A stretch of 64,000 nt of DNA, from the NCBI GenBank assembly GCA_963932905.1, contig CAWVRN010000005.1, positions 32,001-96,000 on the forward strand, read 5' to 3'. This stretch comes from an uncultured Bdellovibrio sp. GTDB taxonomy: Bacteria; Bdellovibrionota; Bdellovibrionia; Bdellovibrionales; Bdellovibrionaceae. Below, one piece after another: positions 30,114 to 40,454 of the stretch (its first letter is position 1; every line of letters begins with the position of its first letter). Below the pieces are notes generated by a model that saw nothing but the letters and a program-made list of their open reading frames with translations, ran no database searches and had not been told where the DNA came from. The position numbers and the translations under genes are program-made.

Positions 30114-31505
30114 TTACAGCAGCAATCCACTTAAGAAAAAACTAGCAACCGTGAAATAGATGACCAGTCCGGTGACGTCTACCAATGTGGCGACGCCCGG
30201 TGCGGAAGCCGTCGCGGGGTCCAAGTCCAATTTTTTAAGTAAGAATGGCAACATGGAGCCACACACGGTTCCCCAGAGCACAACCCCTAAAATGCTGCAC
30301 GCGACAGTGATAGCGACGTACAAATAGTGAGGGCCATATTGGCTTTCTTTATTGGGCCAAAGCATAATTCGAATTATTCCCATGGTTCCAAGAAATGTTC
30401 CTAAAGCTAAACCGCAAAGAAGTTCGCGGCTCAATACACGCCACCAGTCGCGCATACGAACTTCACCCAACGCCATGGCGCGGATGATCAGCGTAGACGC
30501 TTGGGACCCTGAATTACCACCGCTGGAGATGATCAAGGGAATAAACAACGCAAGTACGACTGCGCGTTCAATTTCCGATTGAAAAAAACCCATAGCCGAG
30601 GCTGTGAACATTTCGCCGATGAATAAGATACCTAACCACCCAGCGCGTTTTCTGATCAACTCAAATAAGGAAATTTTTAAATAGGGAGCATCCAAGGTTT
30701 CAACGGCACCTAACTTTTGAATATCTTCGGTGGCCTCTTCTTGGATCGCTGAATTCACGTCATCGAAGGTAACGATACCTTGCATTTGGCCGTCATCATT
30801 AATAACGGGCAGGGCCATTAAATTTTGTTGAGAAAAGATACGGCCGATTTGTTCCTGATCCAGATTGACCGGGATTTTGATGACGTCGGCTTTCATAATA
30901 TCGCGAACCATCTTGGTGGGATTGGCGGCGAATAATTCACGAAATGAAACCACACCAAGTAATACTTGGTTATTATCCAGTACGTATGCGTAGTATATCG
31001 TTTCGACTTGGGTTTTTGCTTGAATACGTAAATAGCTGATAGCTTCGTCAACGGTCATTTCGGGGCGCAAGCGCGCGTAGCGGGAGCTCATCAAGCCCCC
31101 GGCGTTGTCTTCGGCATAAGCTAAAAGCGCGGTGACTTCCCGGCGGGTTTGTGGATCTAATAAATTTAAAATTTCATCACGGCTATCTAAACCCAGTTCT
31201 TGAATAACGTCAGCTACGTCATCGGGAGCAAGCAATCGTACCCATGAACGTTTTTCTAAAGCGGCAAATTCAGAGATCAACTCAGCTTGGTCGTGAACCG
31301 TTAGACTTAAAAATAAATCTTCGGCTTCAGTACGTGGAAGAGCAGCGAATTTTTGGCGGCGTTCTCCAATGGGAAGCGCGGCCCATGAAGAGGCAAGGTT
31401 AATAATCTCGTTCTCAGGAACTTCTTCTAGCGTATGAATATTTTCTTCGCTATTTTCAGGTGCTTCGCTGTTGTTATTAATTTCCTGATTTTGATTATCT
31501 TCCAT
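30114..31505 (-). CDS. mgtE: Magnesium transporter MgtE
   Basis: AGGLM, CBS pair, GIVTFDD, SGGNSGSQ, DPATASAP..TLVDVTG. Confidence 0.96.
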   Translation of the reverse strand: MEDNQNQEINNNSEAPENSEENIHTLEEVPENEIINLASSWAALPIGERRQKFAALPRTEAEDLFLSLTVHDQAELISEFAALEKRSWVRLLAPDDVADVIQELGLDSRDEILNLLDPQTRREVTALLAYAEDNAGGLMSSRYARLRPEMTVDEAISYLRIQAKTQVETIYYAYVLDNNQVLLGVVSFRELFAANPTKMVRDIMKADVIKIPVNLDQEQIGRIFSQQNLMALPVINDDGQMQGIVTFDDVNSAIQEEATEDIQKLGAVETLDAPYLKISLFELIRKRAGWLGILFIGEMFTASAMGFFQSEIERAVVLALFIPLIISSGGNSGSQASTLIIRAMALGEVRMRDWWRVLSRELLCGLALGTFLGTMGIIRIMLWPNKESQYGPHYLYVAITVACSILGVVLWGTVCGSMLPFLLKKLDLDPATASAPGVATLVDVTGLVIYFTVASFFLSGLLL

Positions 31506-31591
31506 TGATACTTCTTTCGGTATTCCAACGCGAGAGCTTGAGATTTTTTTAATTTTAATAACAGATACTTAGGGGGTCCTACAAGCAGGAA

Positions 31592-33439
31592 TTAAGAGGG
31601 GCTTGCCTCTTCGAATTTTTTAAATTCTTCAATGATCTGTAGGGCTGGACCAACCTTGCGGATTTCGCCTTTATCAAGCCATACGATACGGTCACACTTT
31701 TCCAGGGTCGAAAGACGATGGGCGATGATGATCACAGTTCGATCGCTAAAAAACTCTTCGGTCGCGCGTACCATGAGTTCTTCTGAGTGCGGATCGACAG
31801 AACTGGTGGCTTCATCCAATATGATGATGGGCGCTTGTTGTAGTAGGGTCCTAGCTAAACATAATAATTGTTTTTCGCCGACAGATAAGTTTTTACCACG
31901 TTCTTCGATTCGAGAGTCTAACATGTAGACTTCTTGAGCTGATGCCGCGTAACCCACTTGCACTAAGGTCTGCATGAGTTCACTTTCATTGAGTTGCTTT
32001 AATGGGTCCAAGTTTTCTCGCAGAGTTCCTTGAAACAAAACGGGGTCTTGAGAAATGTAGGAATAATTGAAGCGGTAAGATGTCAAATCGATATCCACAA
32101 TAGGCTCTTTGCCATTAATGAGGATGCGGCCTTTTTCATACGGGTAGAGCATAAACAGTGACTGAATCAAACTCGTTTTCCCCGAACCTGTTCGACCAAT
32201 AATACCGATCTTTTCGCCAAAATGAATTTTCAGTGAAATGCCTTTTAGAATCCATGGTAAATCGGGTGAATAGCGAAACCACAAATTTTCTAGTGTCAGG
32301 TCGCCCGTACCACGGGCGCTTGTTTTTGATTGAGGGGCACTGAGTTTCGATAGCAATTCGGGAGAACGAATCAGTTCAGGCAGCTGAGCCAAGTAGTCTT
32401 TATTTTGCCCATATTCCAAATCCTTGTTTAAATACTGGGACAGGCGCTCAACTCCGATGATGCCTTCTTCTAATTGGGCTAGCCATTCAAAGAACATCTG
32501 AATGGTATTACCAGAATATACGATCAAGCCAAACGATGCACCAATAGCCCCCGCTGATATTTTGCCGTCTTTGATCAAGTAAAATGACATGACACCGACA
32601 AGCAATAGCAGCAGGCTGCTTAAAGTGTTCATTTGAAAAGAAAACTTCATGATCTCGATATTTGTTTTTAGTCTTTGGTTCACATAGAACGTATCCAAGA
32701 AATCGAAACGATCACGAAAAGATTTAGAGCGCCCGCTAATTTTAATTGTTGTGGCGCCTTGAGTGCTTTCCGCAAAGTGAGAAATAGATGGCGAACGGCT
32801 AGCCGACAAAGCCCTGCGTTCCGTACGAAGCTTGTGTATATTTTTCTTATAAATGAATAGATTTAAAAATATAATCATCGTCAGCGGAATTGCAAAATAG
32901 TAACTAGACGCCACGATCAGTATCAGAATACATACAAGGTCAAAAATGATCGAAAGAAATTCAGCCAGTGGCCCGCCAAATAATCTAAAAACAGTTCCGT
33001 AGTCAGATGAAAAACGCGTGATAATTCGACCTGCGGGATTTTCGTCAAAGAAACGAATTGGAAAACGAGATGTTTTGAATGTTACCCAGTCATAGATTGA
33101 TGATACCGCATAGGCAGAATATCTTGAAAACAGAATGCGGAAAAACAAGGTAAACCCAAAACCGAGCGCGCACATGATTGAAAGCAAAATCAAGTAGTCG
33201 TTGTGTCCCCAATTCGCAAACATCGTGTGTTGAGTACACTGGGCCGGCGCTTTACATAGTGAATCTACCCAATAGCCAATGATATTTGCCTGACCTAAAA
33301 TTAAAATACGGCCTGCCAATCCCAAGAACAATGCAAAGAAAAGAGCCGTGCGATAAGGCCGATAGGCTTTGGACAACGTATCGTAGACGGCACTAGAAAA
33401 CTGTTTATTCGATGATTCTGATTTCTCTTCGAATTTCAC
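31592..33439 (-). CDS. ABC exporter half (TMD-NBD), ABCC TMD2/NBD2-like
   Basis: FFDENPAGRIITRFSSD, GRTGSGKT, ISQDPVLF.GTLRENLDP, degenerate signature LSVGEKQ, ILDEATSSVD, IAHRL. Confidence 0.92.
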   Translation of the reverse strand: MKFEEKSESSNKQFSSAVYDTLSKAYRPYRTALFFALFLGLAGRILILGQANIIGYWVDSLCKAPAQCTQHTMFANWGHNDYLILLSIMCALGFGFTLFFRILFSRYSAYAVSSIYDWVTFKTSRFPIRFFDENPAGRIITRFSSDYGTVFRLFGGPLAEFLSIIFDLVCILILIVASSYYFAIPLTMIIFLNLFIYKKNIHKLRTERRALSASRSPSISHFAESTQGATTIKISGRSKSFRDRFDFLDTFYVNQRLKTNIEIMKFSFQMNTLSSLLLLLVGVMSFYLIKDGKISAGAIGASFGLIVYSGNTIQMFFEWLAQLEEGIIGVERLSQYLNKDLEYGQNKDYLAQLPELIRSPELLSKLSAPQSKTSARGTGDLTLENLWFRYSPDLPWILKGISLKIHFGEKIGIIGRTGSGKTSLIQSLFMLYPYEKGRILINGKEPIVDIDLTSYRFNYSYISQDPVLFQGTLRENLDPLKQLNESELMQTLVQVGYAASAQEVYMLDSRIEERGKNLSVGEKQLLCLARTLLQQAPIIILDEATSSVDPHSEELMVRATEEFFSDRTVIIIAHRLSTLEKCDRIVWLDKGEIRKVGPALQIIEEFKKFEEASPS

Positions 33440-35226
33440 GTTGTTTCTCCGTTCTCTTTTTCCACAAAGTCGGGTGATGTGGTTTCTGCAAGTTGATTAC
33501 AGAATAGTCGAAAGTCAGCGTCCTTATTGATTAGATCAGAATAAGAGCCCGATATTTTAATACTGCCATTTTTCATAAAGTGAATAATATCGGCAGCAAT
33601 AAGCAAATTAAGTCGATGGGTCGTCATAATCACGGTTTTGTTTTTCCAAGCACCGTTCACAAGATGAGTAAATATTAGATGTTCGGTTTCTGAATCCAGC
33701 GCACTAAATGAATCATCTAGCACCACGATGTCACGATCGTCGAAAGCCGCTCGGGCGATATTAATGCGTTGCTTTTGTCCTCCAGATAAATTCACACCAC
33801 GTTCACCGAATTCAGTATCTAGGCCATTCTCAAGGACGGACATGTCCTTTTTGAACTGAGCATGGAAGATAGCTTCGGTTACTTTATGATCCCGATCTTT
33901 GGGAGAATCGTACTGCAAGAAAATATTGTCGCGCAGGGTGGTGGATACAATTAGGCCTTCCTGAGGTACATAGCCAAATACGTTTCTAAAGCTAGATGTA
34001 TCTTTTGAAAGCAAATTTTGATTAATAACGTAACGATCCCACTCGCAATTGGTTTCGCCTAGTAAGGACAATAGAAGCATACTTTTGCCGCTGCCTACTT
34101 CGCCGACTATCATCGCGTGTTGTCCCTTGGCAATCTTTAAAGACTCTACACTAAGGATCTCTTGATCTTGGATTGAAAGTTTCAAGTTCTTGATTTCTAG
34201 AATGTTTTTGGAAGCGATTGGCTTTAGTTCGGCTTCGCGTAGGTCAAATTTGTTTTTTGCGGAAAGAAATGTTTCAATTCGGGCAATACTGGTTGCCGCA
34301 TCGAACGCGAACGTGAAAAACCATGGCATTTGACGAAAAGGACGAGTTAAGAAAACACCAAGAATCCATAGAAGCGCGAATATTTCACCTGGGCTAAGTT
34401 CACGCTTGTAGTACAAAACCAACAGACCGAGGGTCACGATGTTTACGATAAATGTGAACGATGAAGAAATGGAGTTCATCATTTGGCCATTCGTTACCAT
34501 CTTGACTCGATTTCGAGTTTCGACTTCGCGTTTGTCGATAATTTTTTGCTCAATAATTTCAACCCAGCCTAAAATTCTGAGCGTGCGGATATTCTGAATC
34601 CACTCGTTTACAAAACCTAAACGTTCAGCTGCCAATGTTTTAAACCGGTAGAAAAATTTAGATTGCCGAAAAGCCAAACCGGTATTTAAGACAGTTATCC
34701 CGACCACCACGACCAGTGTGAAGAAAATCGGTGTATCGAAAAAATTAACCAGCACGAATGGCGTGATTAACAGAGGAAAGAATGTCGATGAACCGGACGG
34801 TAACGTTTGATCTAGATAGACGGTGGCACCAGACACATCTGTGGCATACAACGAAACTATTTCGCCAAGAGGGCGTTTTGTCATCGTATCTAATTTTAAC
34901 GACAGCATTTTGTCATAAATTTTTTCGCCGATTTGTTTTTGCATAAAAAGAGCTTCTTTTACGCCAATGTAGTTAGTCAGCTGATTCAATAGTTGGCTTA
35001 AAACTAGAAAAAATACAGCGAGGAACAAATAGGGAAGTGGGCTGTCGAACTTCAAAAAGCTTGGTAGATAACTATGATCGTACATCACCGAATCAATAAA
35101 ACTTTTTTGAAAATAGGGTGATAAAATCCCTAGAAAAGCCGCTACCAGAGAAGTGCCTAGAATCAATAGGCGATAAGGCAATCTATTTAACAAAACATAT
35201 TTAGTTAAAGATTTATACTCGCGCAT
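33436..35226 (-). CDS. ABC exporter half (TMD-NBD), ABCC TMD1/NBD1-like
   Basis: GEVGSGKS, GERGVNLSGGQKQR, degenerate Walker B LDDSFSALD. Confidence 0.92.
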   Translation of the reverse strand: MREYKSLTKYVLLNRLPYRLLILGTSLVAAFLGILSPYFQKSFIDSVMYDHSYLPSFLKFDSPLPYLFLAVFFLVLSQLLNQLTNYIGVKEALFMQKQIGEKIYDKMLSLKLDTMTKRPLGEIVSLYATDVSGATVYLDQTLPSGSSTFFPLLITPFVLVNFFDTPIFFTLVVVVGITVLNTGLAFRQSKFFYRFKTLAAERLGFVNEWIQNIRTLRILGWVEIIEQKIIDKREVETRNRVKMVTNGQMMNSISSSFTFIVNIVTLGLLVLYYKRELSPGEIFALLWILGVFLTRPFRQMPWFFTFAFDAATSIARIETFLSAKNKFDLREAELKPIASKNILEIKNLKLSIQDQEILSVESLKIAKGQHAMIVGEVGSGKSMLLLSLLGETNCEWDRYVINQNLLSKDTSSFRNVFGYVPQEGLIVSTTLRDNIFLQYDSPKDRDHKVTEAIFHAQFKKDMSVLENGLDTEFGERGVNLSGGQKQRINIARAAFDDRDIVVLDDSFSALDSETEHLIFTHLVNGAWKNKTVIMTTHRLNLLIAADIIHFMKNGSIKISGSYSDLINKDADFRLFCNQLAETTSPDFVEKENGETT

Positions 35227-35863
35227 GACGTCTTAACCAGCCCGTTAATGTGTAGCGAGGTTTCATGGCTGTCAAAACCTCGTGGTGAAAAAGGTCACTT
35301 CGAAATAATACAAAAGTTCCACCGCGCGGCTCGATTTGTTTTAATTTTTTATCCGGATGGTTGGGTTCGTAAAGAACAAGTTCGCCCCCATCGCCGGGCT
35401 GCCAATTCGGATTTAAATAGAAAATAAATGTAAACAAACGAGGGCTGAGGCCACTAGGATTGTCGATATGTTTTCCATATTTGCCTCCCGCCGGGTAGAT
35501 GGAAAAGTGAGCCTCAATATCATCGACAGGCATTCGAAAATAACGTTTTAATTCTTCGCGCGCATCATTTAACCAGATGCCGATATTTTGAGTCTCGTCA
35601 GCAAAATCGTGCAGCCAGAAAATTTTATCTGAACGAATTTCTAAATTTTTAATTTCGTGTCCTTGTTTACCGATCGTAGATTCGCGAAATTGATTTTCAG
35701 CATTCAGTTTTTCAACGTGATTTTTCCAGTACGAAACACTGTCACTGTCAAGAAATGCATCCTTCGTGTAGAATCCTGACTCTTCAACCTGTACCATAAT
35801 TTCTGTCAGCCTATCGTTTGATAACTTGTGGCAGAAATGTGGCCAATTTAGAGCGGGGGACAT
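35213..35863 (-). CDS. 2OG-Fe(II) oxygenase, PHD/SM-20 prolyl-hydroxylase-like
   Basis: IRSDKIFW, YGKHID (HxD), FYLNPNW..GDGGEL, HEVL, RYTLTGW. Confidence 0.9.
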   Translation of the reverse strand: MSPALNWPHFCHKLSNDRLTEIMVQVEESGFYTKDAFLDSDSVSYWKNHVEKLNAENQFRESTIGKQGHEIKNLEIRSDKIFWLHDFADETQNIGIWLNDAREELKRYFRMPVDDIEAHFSIYPAGGKYGKHIDNPSGLSPRLFTFIFYLNPNWQPGDGGELVLYEPNHPDKKLKQIEPRGGTFVLFRSDLFHHEVLTAMKPRYTLTGWLRRHARV

Positions 35864-35912
35864 GATAAATATCTTTCACTTAAGAGGTTGAAGGACTATA
35901 ATAGCAATAAAA

Positions 35913-37349
35913 ATGAACAGAAGAAAGTTTTTAAAAAATAGTGTGAATTCGGCAAAGGCTCTGGGCCTGCTTAGCGTGACTGGTTGCGCCGCGCTTGATC
36001 GCTATTTTGAAATCGAAAAGTCAGATTATTCTAAAGAGGTCCTTATCTTTGGTGGTGGTGTGTCTGGGTTAAGCGCTGCCTATTTTTTAAAAAGGAATGG
36101 AGTCCCTTACCGCGTATTTGAGGGGTCTAGTCGCATGGGCGGACGTATACTGTCTCAAAGATTTCCCGCTCCTGTCACCAGTATCGATCTGGGGGCTCGT
36201 TATGTCGATTCCATGGACCAGGACGCTATTGAACTCATCAAGGAAATGAATGTCGATTTGGAAGAGGCACCCATTCGTAAGAATTCGTATTTCTTCTGTA
36301 TGAACAAAGACGTCATGTCATATAAATCCATCCTTGCCGCCTATTCACCCACAATTAAAGCTTGGAACAAAGAATTGGCGCGTATTCGAAAACTAACTGA
36401 TCAGTTGACGGATGAGCCATACAGCGAAGAGATCGCCCATGGGTTAGCGGCCTATGACAAGATTTCGTTTTCTGACATCGTGAACGATTCCAAATTAGAT
36501 TTTAAAGGTAGATCGATTTTTAAGAGCTGGGCTGAAATGCATTTTCAAAAGAAAGCGACCGAAATATCGTTTCTCGAATGGCTTTTCCATTTTGAAAAAC
36601 TAACTTTATCTAGCAAGAAAATGTATTTACCAAACGGAATGACTCAATTCGTAGATATTCTAAGTCAAAGAGTGAGTGGTGTGATACCAAACTACAGTAT
36701 GCAACAAGATTCTAAGTTGGTCGAAATTAGTCGTCAGAAAGAACGTTGGGTTTGTCATATTCAAACAAAAGAAGGTTTGAAAAAACTAAGTTCACCGTTC
36801 GTAATTTTGGCGCTGCCATTTAATCAGATCAAGTATATCAAAGGCATTGATCAAATATTTACGAACAAAGATTTTAAAAAGGCGATTCATCAAGCTCAAT
36901 TCAAATCTAGTTATCGTCTTGTTTACAAGACAACTCAGAAATCAGCGAAAGAAAATGGCGAATACTATTTCTTCGAAACAAATCGTTTTAAAGTGACGAA
37001 GGAAGATCACGTTTTCACTATCGATTTAGAAGGGCCTATTGAGGCGGCAGACACCGGGATCATGAAATCCCAAATGGCTTCTGTTTTTGGTTTAAAGGAT
37101 TTTGACGAAATTAATTTTTACTCTTGGACACAGCATCCGCAAGTTAATGGCAGCGAATTGAAGTTAGACTCAAGTTCGCTGCTGTCGATTAAAAAAGCAT
37201 ACCTAGAAAACTGGGATCGTATGAGTTTACAATTAGTCGGTGACTATCTTATTTCACCCGAAGGAGCGAGTCTAAACGACTGCATAAAAACGGCTCGTAG
37301 AGCGTCTAAGAGTCTGATGACTCAGGTCCTTGAAAAAGATTGGACTTAG
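35913..37349 (+). CDS. Tat-signal lipoprotein, flavin amine-oxidase-family FAD protein
   Basis: MNRRKFLK twin-arginine motif, VTG-C lipobox, GGGVSGL.AA Rossmann motif, EGSSRMGGR, DLGA. Confidence 0.8.
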   Translation: MNRRKFLKNSVNSAKALGLLSVTGCAALDRYFEIEKSDYSKEVLIFGGGVSGLSAAYFLKRNGVPYRVFEGSSRMGGRILSQRFPAPVTSIDLGARYVDSMDQDAIELIKEMNVDLEEAPIRKNSYFFCMNKDVMSYKSILAAYSPTIKAWNKELARIRKLTDQLTDEPYSEEIAHGLAAYDKISFSDIVNDSKLDFKGRSIFKSWAEMHFQKKATEISFLEWLFHFEKLTLSSKKMYLPNGMTQFVDILSQRVSGVIPNYSMQQDSKLVEISRQKERWVCHIQTKEGLKKLSSPFVILALPFNQIKYIKGIDQIFTNKDFKKAIHQAQFKSSYRLVYKTTQKSAKENGEYYFFETNRFKVTKEDHVFTIDLEGPIEAADTGIMKSQMASVFGLKDFDEINFYSWTQHPQVNGSELKLDSSSLLSIKKAYLENWDRMSLQLVGDYLISPEGASLNDCIKTARRASKSLMTQVLEKDWT

Positions 37350-37822
37350 TGGCCTCGGGACGCAGCGCCGCTTGATTTCATTTTTTTATATTCGTCTTTT
37401 AATTGTTTCATTTCATATTCAAGAATACGGATTTTATATTCGGCTTGATCCAGTTTTGAATTTAGGATCAAAAGATCGCGTCGATTCATGTCACGCAATG
37501 TAGGCATTTTTTCTTTTTCTGTGTTTTTTGATGGAGTCACGATGTCTTCCATCGACGGATCTAGTTTTTTAAGTTCAGTATACAAGGTTTCCCGGCTCAT
37601 GATGAGCGAACCTTTGTTAAATGCATTTTCCAGATTTCCATTCTCGGCTTTCATAGCGACGCTGACGGCGTATGCTTTTTGAGCGCTTTGAATTAACTCC
37701 TGCGTTTCCGAGTAAGACGGTGGAAATTTCTTTTGGATGATACTTATGCCGATCACAATTAAAATCACTACAACAGCGACAGTTTTAAATATGCTTAAAA
37801 GCAAATTTGCGATGAATTTCAT
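37346..37822 (-). CDS. Membrane-anchored hypothetical protein with C-terminal coiled coil
   Basis: N-terminal TM, GGAG RBS and a heptad-like C-terminus. Confidence 0.7.
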   Translation of the reverse strand: MKFIANLLLSIFKTVAVVVILIVIGISIIQKKFPPSYSETQELIQSAQKAYAVSVAMKAENGNLENAFNKGSLIMSRETLYTELKKLDPSMEDIVTPSKNTEKEKMPTLRDMNRRDLLILNSKLDQAEYKIRILEYEMKQLKDEYKKMKSSGAASRGH

Positions 37823-37948
37823 TCAGTCTCCACTCAAACTCATTTGCCATAGCGAATATATTCAATATTGAGTTTATAGATATGTAAACTATTCAGATCA
37901 AAATGAAAAATACTTTGATCTGTTACCGTTAGACTATACAACACAGAA

Positions 37949-38581
37949 ATGAATATCAAAAAAGAAATTTTAAGCCACGTCCTGCCGTCACCTCATCAAG
38001 AAGATTCTGAGTTTAGTTCTGAAGAGAAAGTAGAAAAAATCAAAGCTCATTTCACTGAAATTATGAAAATACTTGGCCTTGATCTATCAGACGATAGTTT
38101 GAAAGATACACCTAAACGTGTGGCTAAAATGTACGTGAATGAAATTTTCAAAGGATTAAACACAGCAAACTTTCCTAAGATCACAACGATCGAAAATAAA
38201 ATGCAGTATGATCAAATGATTGCGGTAAAAAACGTCGACTTAATTTCATACTGCGAGCACCACTTTCAAACAATTCAAGGTCATGCGACGATTGCGTATA
38301 TCCCCAGCAAAAAAGTCATCGGGTTATCTAAAATCAACCGTATCGTTGATTTTTTCTCTCGCCGTCCTCAAGTCCAAGAACGCCTGACTAAACAAATCGC
38401 AGATTGCTTAGAGTACGTGTTGGAAACGCCAAATGTAGCTGTGTATATCAATGCGAAACATTTCTGCGTGATTGCACGCGGGATTGAAGATGCGAATTCT
38501 ACTACGATCACAACCGATTTGCGTGGCGATTTTAAAACTCGCGCCGAAACCAGAAAAGAATTCCTACAGAATTGTAACTAG
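37949..38581 (+). CDS. folE: GTP cyclohydrolase I
   Basis: [48 protein letters not shown]. Confidence 0.97.
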   Translation: MNIKKEILSHVLPSPHQEDSEFSSEEKVEKIKAHFTEIMKILGLDLSDDSLKDTPKRVAKMYVNEIFKGLNTANFPKITTIENKMQYDQMIAVKNVDLISYCEHHFQTIQGHATIAYIPSKKVIGLSKINRIVDFFSRRPQVQERLTKQIADCLEYVLETPNVAVYINAKHFCVIARGIEDANSTTITTDLRGDFKTRAETRKEFLQNCN

Positions 38582-38602
38582 AAAACCACTTTGAAAAATG
38601 GC

Positions 38603-38633
38603 AAAAAAAAAGCTACGCATTTCTGCGTAGCTT
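38603..38633 (-). terminator. Intrinsic terminator
   Basis: A-run then AGCTACGCA-tttc-TGCGTAGCTT; the U-tract is on the minus strand. Confidence 0.8.
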
Positions 38634-38663
38634 CTAAGCTCTTCCTTAGGGAAGAAAACAAAA

Positions 38664-38888
38664 CTATTGTTTTGCAGCTTCTTCAGATTTAGCTTTAGCT
38701 TTTTTGCTTTTTTTAGCTTTCTTTTCAGCTTTTTTCTCAGCGTGATCAGCACCGTGAGCAGCATCTTTAGGAGCTTCAACTTTAGGTTGTTCAGTTGGAG
38801 CAGCAGCAGCAGCAGCTGGAGCTGCAGTGTCGTTAGCGAAAGCTACAGTAGCCATAACAGATACTAAACCGATTAATAATGATTTCAT
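38664..38888 (-). CDS. Small secreted Ala/Lys-rich protein (acid-shock-protein-like composition)
   Basis: Signal MKSLLIGLVSVMATVAFA, AAGGAG RBS, strongly biased codons, own terminator. Confidence 0.8.
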   Translation of the reverse strand: MKSLLIGLVSVMATVAFANDTAAPAAAAAAPTEQPKVEAPKDAAHGADHAEKKAEKKAKKSKKAKAKSEEAAKQ

Positions 38889-38978
38889 AAGATCTCCTTA
38901 TATATAAAGTCCTTAATTAGACTCTTTGTTGATGGATTTAGAATACGGCATCTCATTAAAGACCATATTAAAACCAAA

Positions 38979-40454
38979 TTAATTATTTTTAATCTTGAAT
39001 TGAAACTGGGCACCTTTAGGGTCCAGGTTGTTGAATTCTATAGCGGATTTATGAAGATCGCTTATTTTTTTGACAATGGCCAGACCTAATCCATAACCCG
39101 ACATCTGGCTCATTTCTGGAGCTCGACTAAAACGTTCAAATAAGATAGGCGCCATTGTGCTTGATATACCAGGTCCTTCATCTGCCACCGTAACAATAGA
39201 GTAATCATCCTCCCAAATCAGATCGATACGAATCTGACTATTAGGTGGAGAGTACTTGATCGCGTTTTCTACCAAGTTGTAAAACAGATGTCTGAGTAGA
39301 TCAGGATCGCCAATAACTTTAGGGCTGGCGTGATCATTGTCGATAATGTTGAAAACGATCTTCTGTTGTAGAGACTGTGCTCGTTTTTGCAAATTTGAAA
39401 CAACTTTTAAGATTATTTCTTCCAAGTGAATACCCGAGAAAAGCTTAACATGCAATCCGGCATCTAGGCGGGCGAGTAACAACATATCTTTGATAATATC
39501 TATCAAATGATTCACTTCTGTTTCTTGGCTTAGTAAAAATGCTTTAGATTCACTATCGAGTTGTTGTTGACTCAAACGTGCTTCCAGCGATGACTTTAAG
39601 ATAGTCAGTGGGGACAATAGTTGATGAGATGCATCGGCAACGAAACGTTCCTGGCTTTGAAATGATTTTTCAATACGATCTAGCATCTGATTCATAGTTA
39701 GCGCTAGTTGCCGAAATTCATCGCGAACGGGGCTTACGGGAACGCGTTCCGACAAAACATTGGCGCGAATTCCGTGAGTTTTGGTGATGATTTCTCGCAC
39801 GGGAATAAGGGCGCGGCCGGACAAAAAATATCCAAGTAGCATCGAAATTAAGATAGCTAGTGGAATGCCAAATTGAATGACTTGAAGTCGATTATCAATT
39901 TGAGTTTCTAAAAGCGTACGAGGTGCTAGAACTTGCAAAAAATGCTGTGGGTTTTGATTTTCAATGGGAAATGTAATTAATCGATAAGAATCTGATTCCG
40001 AATCGGGAAGTTTGCCAATGTCATAGATAGTTTTAAAAGTGACGTCGGTACCAGTTTTAATTTTTTCAAGCTGGTCTTCAAAAGGGGGTAGATAATTTCC
40101 TAAATTTCCAAACTGACTCAGAATCTTGCCATCCCGGTTTCTAAGTAGGATACGAGTGGTGCCCAGTGAAAACGGCAGGATTTTTTGTTGGTCTAATTCG
40201 ATGCTGCCCACGTTGATAGGTCCATGGCTGATTTGGTTTTCAATCGATTCACTGATGTCGATGCAGTAGTTGTACAACGCATCGTCGAAGTCCCGTTTGA
40301 GGGCGTCTATGGAATAATCAAAAACTAACAAGTTGAACGATATTGTTGTGACGCCGAATATGAGGGCGAATATCAACGTCAGACGGACGCGAAAATTCAT
40401 AAAAATAAAAATTCGGCGGAAAATATTATTTAGCCTGCCGATGAGGTATTTCAA
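38979..40454 (-). CDS. Sensor histidine kinase (HAMP-HisKA-HATPase, CusS-like)
   Basis: Two TMs, FVADASHQLLSPL, NLVENAIKYS, DEGPGI, GYGLGL. Start may be 40400. Confidence 0.93.
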   Translation of the reverse strand: MKYLIGRLNNIFRRIFIFMNFRVRLTLIFALIFGVTTISFNLLVFDYSIDALKRDFDDALYNYCIDISESIENQISHGPINVGSIELDQQKILPFSLGTTRILLRNRDGKILSQFGNLGNYLPPFEDQLEKIKTGTDVTFKTIYDIGKLPDSESDSYRLITFPIENQNPQHFLQVLAPRTLLETQIDNRLQVIQFGIPLAILISMLLGYFLSGRALIPVREIITKTHGIRANVLSERVPVSPVRDEFRQLALTMNQMLDRIEKSFQSQERFVADASHQLLSPLTILKSSLEARLSQQQLDSESKAFLLSQETEVNHLIDIIKDMLLLARLDAGLHVKLFSGIHLEEIILKVVSNLQKRAQSLQQKIVFNIIDNDHASPKVIGDPDLLRHLFYNLVENAIKYSPPNSQIRIDLIWEDDYSIVTVADEGPGISSTMAPILFERFSRAPEMSQMSGYGLGLAIVKKISDLHKSAIEFNNLDPKGAQFQFKIKNN

